Assembly (NCBI GenBank): GCA_976551045.1
Contig: CDPCPM010000073.1
Location: 27,218,001 to 27,282,000, forward strand
Length of the DNA stretch: 64,000 nucleotides
Direction: 5' to 3'
From: Glaucostegus cemiculus
Lineage: Eukaryota
Position numbers and translations under genes: made by a program. The notes below the pieces were generated by a model. The model was not told the origin of the DNA. It did not search any database and saw nothing but the letters and a program-made list of their open reading frames with translations. Numbering within the stretch: the first letter of the stretch is position 1; each line of letters starts with the position of its first letter. This document shows, piece by piece, positions 27,581 through 37,100 of this stretch.

Positions 27581-30034
27581 TCTTATTTTATTATATCAAA
27601 ACTTTTCAATGATTTTGAACATCTCAACCAAACTTCTTTTCAATCTTCCCAACTTCATGTGTCAATTAAAAGAAAGTACAATACAAGTATTTTCTTTTGC
27701 TGTGAATATAGTTACAGAATTTAATAATTATATTAAAGTTGGTCAGAATGTAATGGTGCAAAATGCATGAAGGTAACTTGATACCAAGTGTTAATTACAC
27801 TGTCACTGAATCTTTGTCACTGTCACTGAATGTCATTGTACTTTATTACACAAACTCAAATTCCTCCTTAGAATTACAAGAACAGCATCCATTCTTCAGA
27901 CACACTACTCTAAGCTAAATACATTAAAAGGTCAATTGCTCTGAAAGCAAAAATACTATCTGCAGAGCCTAATTTCCCTTAGTGACAGTTAATAGTTAAA
28001 ATTATAATTAGAATCTGACCAATTAGCAGGAATCTAATCTTCATTAGCACTTTTTCAGATCAATCCAGAGCAAAGTTTAAATCACCTGATGTCTATATTG
28101 GCCTAAGAGAATACAAGGAGTTTTTTTAAATTCAGATCAAGCTGAAGGAGGTTCCATGCTACTACTTCCAGGTACCAACAAGGTTGAAGTGTGTCAATGA
28201 GAAAATAGTTATATTAAGGGTCGCAAAGCTTGAATCTATGAGGACTTCAAATGGTAGTCCTAATCTCAACCTTCCAGTCCAGCACAATAACTCAATATGT
28301 TGTTCAATCTGATCTATTAACTTTAAATAAGGTAAATACTCACATTGTTCAGTTGAACACCTACAGTCAGCCATGCACTGTAACAGATTCCACTTTATCC
28401 AACATATTGGTAACCCACATTAGTCATATGAAGTGTACTCTAAGTTCCATTTCAACAAGAAAGTTACTTCAAAAATTTTCATAAAAATAACTCAATTTCA
28501 GAAAATAGCAAAAAAAAAATTAAATAGGGCCATCTGCTTTATCCAGAATTGTCCTGCATGTTTTCCTTGTTCACTGGTCTAAAACTAGATTAGGTACCCA
28601 ATGGTTTTGAATCAGATCATCATCAATTATACAAGCCTCTTATAAAATGGATATATTTTTGCTTCTTCTCCCTTACTAATGATGAGAGGAAGTGTTCTTA
28701 GAAGCACAAAAAGATAAAGAGATTGCCATGCTAATCTGAATATTCTGCCGAGTAGTCAGATGTAGTTCACCATGAGGAACATATGAACATAAATAGGAGC
28801 AGAGGTTACCTGTACGGCTGCTGAATCTGCTCCATCAGGATTGGATGACTGATCCAATCTTGGCCTCAACTTCACTTTCCTCATTGCTCAGCATAACCTC
28901 CGACTCCACTATTAACCAAAAATCTATCCATCTCAGCCCTAGATCATTTGTTTGTACATGAATGTTTATCTGTAATTTGCCACATTACATACCTTGATCA
29001 TTGCCTTTATACCGTAGGCAGGCTGCTGCTTTAGCTTTGCTGTTGGAAACTGAGTCGGACAGAACATTCCCTCACCTTCCACAGTACTTTAACAGCTCAC
29101 AAATGGAATATTTGATCAATGTGTGATATACAAGAATATTTTTGAAACTTAACTGTACTTATCCACTACTGAATAAAATTGTTTCCAAATCTCTAGAACA
29201 AACATCAAAAGAAAATTTCCAGTAAAATATTCAATTCAACTCTCAGAATGTAGTGGTGTTTTACAAAGGGATCCCTATGTGAAGCTTTCCATAAATTACT
29301 ATGTGTGGGCTATACCTGAACGATTATAATTACTACTTTATTAGTGAATGAATTGCCCTTATGTTTTAATGGAGAAGAGGATAAGAATTTAGTACAACTG
29401 ACAAATAGACAAGGGCACAATAGTGAAACTCATCCATTCAAATGCCAAAAGTAGTTTTGGGATTTTCAAACAATAACATAAGTGAAAAGTTATCTTAAAA
29501 TATTCTAGTCTAAGATCATTGACTACTAAATCTTTTGTCTTTCAATGATTGTATTGAGATTTAGAAACAGTTTTTTTTTGATTCAGCACTGAACGTGCAG
29601 TCAATCTTGTAGAAAGCTACCATCCGATCAACTGTTTCAACTGTGGCCCCTATAATGACATATAGAAGGCTGAGAGAGCATTGCATCAGCCTCAGTTGAC
29701 ACAAGGCAAAGCTAATGCAGCAGCTTATCTAGTACAGAGGGCAGTAATTATCATGGGAAAGTACAAGGCAGATTACACACCAAGCTGGCTGGAAGGAAAA
29801 TCTCTATACAGACAAATAATCTCTTAATTCTAATTTAAATAATGTTAAAATATCTGGACATGTAAACCTTGCATAAACTAACTTAACACAGCAGAACAAT
29901 GATTCCAGCTTCCTCCTCTATTGTCCACAATGATACTCTTTTACTTATTACTCAGAGAACAATCTGATGGTATGGCTGTGAGCTCTGGTACAGAAGCAGG
30001 TGATCAGGGACACCGTTTTCTGTGAGTGTAGGAC

Positions 30035-30300
30035 ATGGAACATCAAACAGTACAGCACAGGAACACGCCCTTCAGCCCACCATGTCCACGTGAACATGAT
30101 GCTAATCTAAACTAATCCCATCTGCTGGGACCTGTTCTGTACCCCTCTTTTCCCTGCCTGTTCACGTGTCTGTCTAAATGCCTCTTAAATGTTGCTGTTG
30201 TATCTACTTCGACTGTTCACGTGTCTGTCTAAATGCCTCTTAAATGTTGCTGTTATATCTACTTCGACTTCCTGCCCTGGCAGCATTCCAAGCACCTACC
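30035..30300 (-). mobile_element. CR1-type 3' end containing a 55-bp tandem duplication
   Basis: Minus strand GGGCTGAAGGGCGTGTTCCTGTGCTGTAC tail. Duplicated units at 30158-30212 and 30213-30267. Confidence 0.75.
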
Positions 30301-31249
30301 AACTTCCCATTTACAGGAAAGCACCAATTACAAACAGAATGTCAGCAAAGGCAAAACAAAATCATTAATTGATCATTGATTGGTAACCAGAGTAAGTGTT
30401 CAATTTCACAACTTTGGATTAGTGCTTTTGATTACAGAGATAAAACATAACCCAGTGGCCTGGGCTGGAAAATGCATGGATGCACTGTTTCTGCTTTGAT
30501 GCCTTTCACTGTGAAGCAGCCAAATGGCACCCTTGCCCTGATGCAGAAAGTGAGGGTGCTAGGGAAGTTAGAACTCGTATGTCCCAGGGACCTGGAACTC
30601 CTGCCAAATTTCACAGCAGGATCTCAAGATCGATTTCTACAGCATTTCCATTCTCAGCCAATGTTGGCCAGAGAGCCTGGCTGCTGGGCAGTAAAAGTTG
30701 CCCAACAGCTCCTGGCTGGGCAGCACGAGGCCACAGCCAGAAACTGTTGGGCACAGTTCCTGCCAGTGGGGAAATACTGGGATTGTACTGAGGACCTCCG
30801 CAGTCAGAATGAAGGGAGAGATTACAGAACACTTATGATTACAGGGTGGGGTGGTGAGTTGGCAGAGTTGAGTAAACTGGAATCACGGTTGACTTTTAAA
30901 CTTTAACCGCATCCCTTTTACCTACTGAGTGGCATTAATATACAAACCCTCACTGGTCACCTGTTCAGTGTCCAGGTTTGAACAGCGTCTCCAATAATTT
31001 ACGAAAATTAGTAGGACTTTTAAACCACAATCTGCAATGGAAAGGCAGTGCTAGAGATCAGCAAATATGTTTCTGGGTCTGCTCCCAAGTAAGGCTCAAC
31101 CATGAATCTAGTAAAACTCTAGCAAAATCAAGCATGACGTGAAGGGACACTTAATGATCTTCTGAAAGACTTAATTGCGACAATGCTGAAGAAACATGAC
31201 ACCATCCTAGAACTATCGTCCGCCTTATCTACCCTCTTGATAACCAAAC

Positions 31250-31712
31250 TCAATCTGGATTGGAGGGTTTATGTTATAATGAGAGATTAGATAGGCTGGA
31301 TCCATTTTCCTGAAGTAGAAGTGGCTAGAGGTGGCATGCAAAAGGCAAGTAAAGTTACAAGAGGCATAGATAGGGTAGATAGCCAGTTTCCCACTGGAAG
31401 GCATAGGCTTAAGAAGAGCGGGAAGAGGTTTAAAGGGGATCTGGGGGGTACATTTTTCAGGAAACCATAGCTGGTATCTGAAATGAGCCACCAGGGGCAT
31501 GGAGGGATATGGAATTAATGCAGGAAAGTGGGATTTGTATAGATAGGCACAATGGATAGTGAACAGGGTGACCAGTGAGGGTTAGTATTAATGCCACTCA
31601 AAAGGTAAAAGGGATGTGGTTAAAATTTTAAAATCAACTATGATTCCAGTTTACTCTGCTCAGTGATATGCAGTGGGCTGAAGAGCCTGTTTCTATGCTG
31701 TACAACTGACTA
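31250..31712 (+). mobile_element. CR1 LINE 3' fragment, degenerate
   Basis: GAGAGATTAGATAGGCTGG..GAGGCATAGATAGGGTAGATAG..GGGCTGAAGAGCCTGTTTCTATGCTG. Confidence 0.7.
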
Positions 31713-33229
31713 TAAAACCATCCCTCACAAACATTCTGCAGATATATCCTGGAAGAAGCTCAGCATCTAGAAATGAGAGGACATTTCATCCCTGCAAACA
31801 GCTACCACCACAAAAGTCAAAACTAGTAATGCTGCAAAAAAAAATCAGATCCCAGTCCCTTCCCAAGTGACAACCATCTCTTTGACATGCATCACTTCAC
31901 TATAGTTCAGTCAAAACCTTAGACTTTCCATCATTATGGTTGCGTGTTCAACACAACAACGGCAGCAGATCAGAAAACTCCGGCACCTGCCCCTCAAGCA
32001 AATAAAGGTAAAGTGCTTCTTCTTTGAGCTTGCAGCAGCTCCATAGTCTATGGGTAGCTGCATTATTTGTGCTATTAAAGCTGACTAGACAAGTCTGCTG
32101 CCTCCGGGCTACAGTGAATGGATTCAGTAGCACAAACGGTGCAAGCCAGCTCCAAGGAGCTGAGCTAACTGAAGAGATGGTGCAAGAAACTTGGGTCCAT
32201 TCACTTAGGACAGGAGGGGCAGAAAATTCAGCAGGTGTGGGTAAAGGATAACTAAATACTGCAACCAGTCACAATTTTGGCAATATGTTATCTTCTGCTG
32301 AATGGTGCATACAAATCTATAACAACTGAGAAAAGAAAAGAACCAGATAGAAGTTCTAAAGCATTTGTGCTTTTTTTTTATTTTGCACAGCGAGTTGTGA
32401 CAGGAAAAGCAGATTCGATAATTCCTTCATATAGGGTAATGAATCAATACCTGAAGGGGAGAGGTTTATAGTGCTAGGCGGAAAATCTAGGGGCATAGGA
32501 TCAATTAACAAACTCTTTCAAAGGGCCAGCACAGGGCCAATGGGTCAAATGGGTTCCTTCTTCGGTGTGTAATTCTAAGTATTTGACCCAATCATTAATT
32601 GAATGGTTTATTAATGAGACTTGAGTGACAAAGAGCTAGGTATACATTTCCACAGATTTGAATACGATCTCAAATATTCACTAAAATATGTATGATAAGA
32701 TCATATTTTCATCTCAGAACATTTTGTCAAATTATAAATGTTGTTTCCAAATGCAAGAAACTATTGACTAACAATATTTTAAGTAATATCTTTCAGACTG
32801 CTTTAAGGGTGCAGATTTCAAATCTTTACAGTATGTATCTTCTTGCATTTTAGAGTCAATCATCTAAGCTGCTTTGCAGTTTAATATGGCTTACTATGGA
32901 TTAGACCAGAAGTTAAGAAGATTTGCCTCCTAATACTTACCAGGATAAAAGATATTTCATCCTTATGCCTCCATGGCTGGCAATTTGTGGTTTTGTCTCT
33001 GCTTAAGTCAAAAGAAACAGAAGAATCTGTTGTTTTGGTCTTGCAGTGGACTTTGTAGTAGGGTTTTACCACCTTAAGTAAAATAATTAGTGTTTTGGCA
33101 GCTTTGAAAAATCTGGAAAGGGAAAAGAAACTGAAGACTAGGCTGATCCCGCTGAAGTAATGTTGGTAATTCTGTTCACCATAATTCAGCACGACCCACT
33201 GTCACCGGAGAGGATTCAGTGAAGACCAG

Positions 33230-34058
33230 TGTTACGAAACCAGCAACAAAAGAAGCACACCAAGTCATACTTCAGTGTTAAAACTACTTTATTAATAACT
33301 ACATCCGATAATATGCAAAATAAGAATAAAAAGTTAGTATATTAGTACACAATAAAATGTTAAAATCTTAAACTATAACCCCAAAACTACTCGTCGTGTG
33401 TGTGCGGCAAGTTCCTAAACTCCCAGTCCAGGAATTAGTTCTTAAAGTTCAGTTCAGTAAGCCGTAAGATGACACGAATAAAGGCTTCTTCACAAGCACT
33501 GTCCACCGAAGACAAAATATAGATATAGAGAGAGATTAGAGAGGAATCACGAAATCCGAATGTTCCACTCGAAACTCAAACGACACTTCAGGGCTTACTC
33601 GGTTGTGACTTTCTCACCCTGAAAACTCCTTAATCGTGACTGTCCATGCAAATACCTGTGTTCTTCTACAGGTTAGCAGCAAAGTGAATTCCGTCACTTT
33701 GTTCCACAGTATCTGCCACTCTGAAGAGCATCCAAAATGTGGTTGTTCATGCAAACACCTGTGTCCTTCTACAGGTTACCAACAAAGTGAACTCCACTGG
33801 ACTACTCCAGAAATCCATCCACGGATTTTAGTGACAAACACAGTTACTGTCCTTCATCCAACGACAGAAACAAAACAAGCTGCCTTCTCTCCTTCTTCTC
33901 TCTTTCTTTCTGTCTGTCTGTCTCTCTCTCTCTTATCTTTTTCTTTCTTGCAATGATGTCACCACGTTAGTCTTATCTTCTGCTGACGTAATACGTTGCA
34001 CACACACACAATGTCCCATCTAAAAGGGATATTTGCCTAAGTAAGCTACTTCGTAACA
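33230..34058 (-). repeat. 3' LTR
   Basis: 829 bp at a constant offset of 5827 from the 5' LTR. Identical 106-aa incidental ORFs at 33636 and 39463. Preceded by a purine-rich tract on the minus strand. Confidence 0.96.
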
Positions 34059-34068
34059 CCTCCCACAC
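34059..34068 (-). other. Polypurine tract (short)
   Basis: Minus strand GTGTGGGAGG directly abutting the TG of the 3' LTR. Confidence 0.7.
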
Positions 34069-34183
34069 AAACAAAATTTTTTTTCAAAAAAAATTATTAT
34101 CCGCGCATATAGTTAGTGATGTTAGTAATTATCATCCTACATAATAACAGTATATCAGATTAGTAACGATATAGGTCTTTCGT

Positions 34184-37100
34184 TTAACATCGAGAAAGGC
34201 AATCAGCAATTACATTATCTTTGCCTTTAACGTGAATTATCGTGAGATCAAATTCTTGTAGAATTAAACTCCAATTTAACAGTCGTCTGTTTTTGTTTTT
34301 CACTCGGCTCAGAAACACCAACGGATTATGATCTGTGTATATAATCAATGGTTTCTGAGTTGGGCAAACATACACATTGAAATGTTGTAAGGCTAAAACA
34401 AGTGAAAGCAATTCTTTCTCTATCGTAGAGTAATTTTTCTGATGCTCATTAAACTTCTTTGAAAAGTAAGCTACAGGGTGGTCAATATCATCAAGGTCAC
34501 TCTTCTGCAACAACACAGCTCCTGCAGCTTCATCACTGGCATCTACTGCTAATGAAAATGGCTTTTCAAAGTCAGGTGACTTGAGCACAGGATAGTAACA
34601 CAAAATGGTTTTTAGCTTCTCAAATGCTTCTTGACAAGAATCTGTCCAAACAAATTTCACTCCTTTCTTCAGAAGATTAGTTAAGGGAAGAGCAATATCA
34701 GCAAAATTTTTACAAAATTTCCGATAATATCCAACCATTCCCAGAAATCTTCTAACAGTCCTGATGCCTGTAGGAACAGGGAATTCAGATATCACTTGAA
34801 CTTTTGCCTGAACAGGTGCTAACTTGCCTTGACCTACAACATAACCAAGATATGTCACAGTGGCATGGCCAAATTCACTTTTAGCCAAATTGACTGTAAG
34901 GTTAGCTTTGGAAAGTCTTTCAAACAACCTTTCTAATGCAATGATGTGATCCTCCCACGTATCATTCCCTGTCACTAGATCATCAATGTAGGCATCTGTA
35001 TGTTTTAACCCATGAATCACTGAATTGATCATTCTTTGAAATGTTGCTGGGGCATTTTTCATTCCAAATGGCAAAACATTGTATTCATACAATCCAGAAG
35101 GGGTCGCAAAGGCAGAAATCTCCCTTCCTCTCTCTGTTAATGGAACACACCAGTACCCTTTTAGTAAATCAATCTTTGTAAGAAATTTGGCCGTCCCCAC
35201 TCTATCTATGCAATCATCTACCCTTGGAATGGGGTATGCATCCGACTTTGTCACAGCATTCACTTTTCTGTAATCCGTACAAAATCTAATGGTCCCATCA
35301 GGTTTTGGCACAATAACACAGGGCGAACTCCAGTTTGAACTAGAACGTCTGATGATGTCATTTTCTAACATATACTCAATTTCCTGATCAACAAGTTTAC
35401 TCTTATCCACATTCATTCGATATGGGTGTTGTTTGATTGGTTTTGCATCCTCAACGTCAACATCATGGCTAATTATTGACGTTTTGTTTGGCACATTGGG
35501 AAAAAGATTTTTAAATTTTAAAAGTAACTGTTTCATCTGCTGTTTCTGTGAATCTTGTAAATGGTCCAACTTTGTCTCAAGGTTCTCCAAGATATTTTGG
35601 TTTTCTAGCCTTGCTGAAACAATATTTGGTCTACATTGGCCTTCCTCATTGTCAACAACAGATGTCTCAGGATCTTTCACCTCATTCACTGTGGCCACCA
35701 CTGTATTCCTCTCATAATACGGTTTCAACATATTTACGTGACAGAGTTGGGTTTTCTTGCGTCTCTCTGGGGTTTTTAGCAAATAGTTGAGGTCGCCTAT
35801 CTTAGATTCGATAATGAATGGTCCTTCAAACCGCGACTGCAATGGATTTGTCTGACTAGGGAAAAATGCGAGCACTTTTTGACCCACTGCGTATGTCCTT
35901 GGCTGAGCACGTTTGTCATAATATTCCTTCATCCTAATCTGGCTTGTTTTTAAATTCTCTTTCGCTAGCTCACAGACTTTCTTCAGCCGAGTTTTAAACT
36001 TTTGGACATAATCCAATAGACTCAACTGCACTTCTTCATTAACCCATTGTTCTCTTAACAACTCCAAAGGTCCTCTCACCTGATGTCCAAATACAAGTTC
36101 AAATGGACTAAATCCTAATGACTCCTGAATTGCCTCTCGAATGGCAAACAACAGTAAATGTATTCCTTCATCCCAATCCTTCGTGTTTTCAAAGCAATAA
36201 GTCTTCATCATATTTTTGAGAGTAGAATGAAATCTCTCCAATGCTCCTTGAGATTCTGGGTGATATGCAGATGACACAATCTGCTTTGCTCCCAGCTCAT
36301 GGATCAGTTGCCGAAACAAATTGGACATAAAATTACTGCCTTGATCAGATTGGATTTCTTTTGGCAAACCAACAAACGTAAAGAATTTTAAAAGAGCTTT
36401 TGACACTGTCTTGGCCTTAATATTTCTAAGTGGGATTGCCTCTGGAAATCTAGAAGTTGTACACATGATGGTTAACAAATATTGATTCCCAGCTTTAGAC
36501 TTTGGCAATGGTCCAACACAATCCACAATCACCTTTGAAAAGGGTTCACCAAAAGCAGGAATGGGTTTCAGAGGAGCCACAGGGGGTTTTTGATTTGGTT
36601 TACCTACCATCTGACATGTATGACAGGTTCGACAAAACATCACCACATCCTTTCTCAAACCAGGCCAATAGAATTGTTTCAAGATCTTCCCCACAGTTTT
36701 ATTCACCCCTAAATGACCACCTAAAGGCATGCTATGGGCCAGGTTTAAAATCTCATCCCGATAAACTTTAGGAACTACTACCTGATGAATAACTTCCCAC
36801 TCCTCATTCACAGTGACATGAGGCGGTCTCCATTTCCTCATTAACAATCCATCTTTGACATAATATCCAACTGGCACTTTTTCAATTTCCTCACTTGAGA
36901 GTGCTTTTTCCTTCAGTTCAGTCAGTTCAAGGTCTTTATTCTGTTCCACCATAAATTCTTTCCTTGACAAAGACAAATCTTTGTATTCAGGCTCACTACC
37001 AAAACTTTGATCCTCCAATGAAGACAAAAAAGTGTCAGACAAATCATCATAACTTTCCTCTTGTTTAGGACTATCACAAGGAACAATTTCAGACTGTGTA

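Noticed and set aside
30472-30906. 144-aa ORF
   Set aside because: No recognisable motif, antisense within the intron and within the range of chance ORFs.
33199-33229. Imperfect hairpin at the reconstructed empty insertion site (CTGTCACCGG / CCAGTGACGG)
   Set aside because: Only 8 of 10 matches at a single site, not enough to claim target preference.
33636-33956. 106-aa ORF duplicated at 39463-39783
   Set aside because: Antisense incidental frame within the LTRs with a non-ATG start and a microsatellite-derived C-terminus. Not an env or accessory gene on current evidence.
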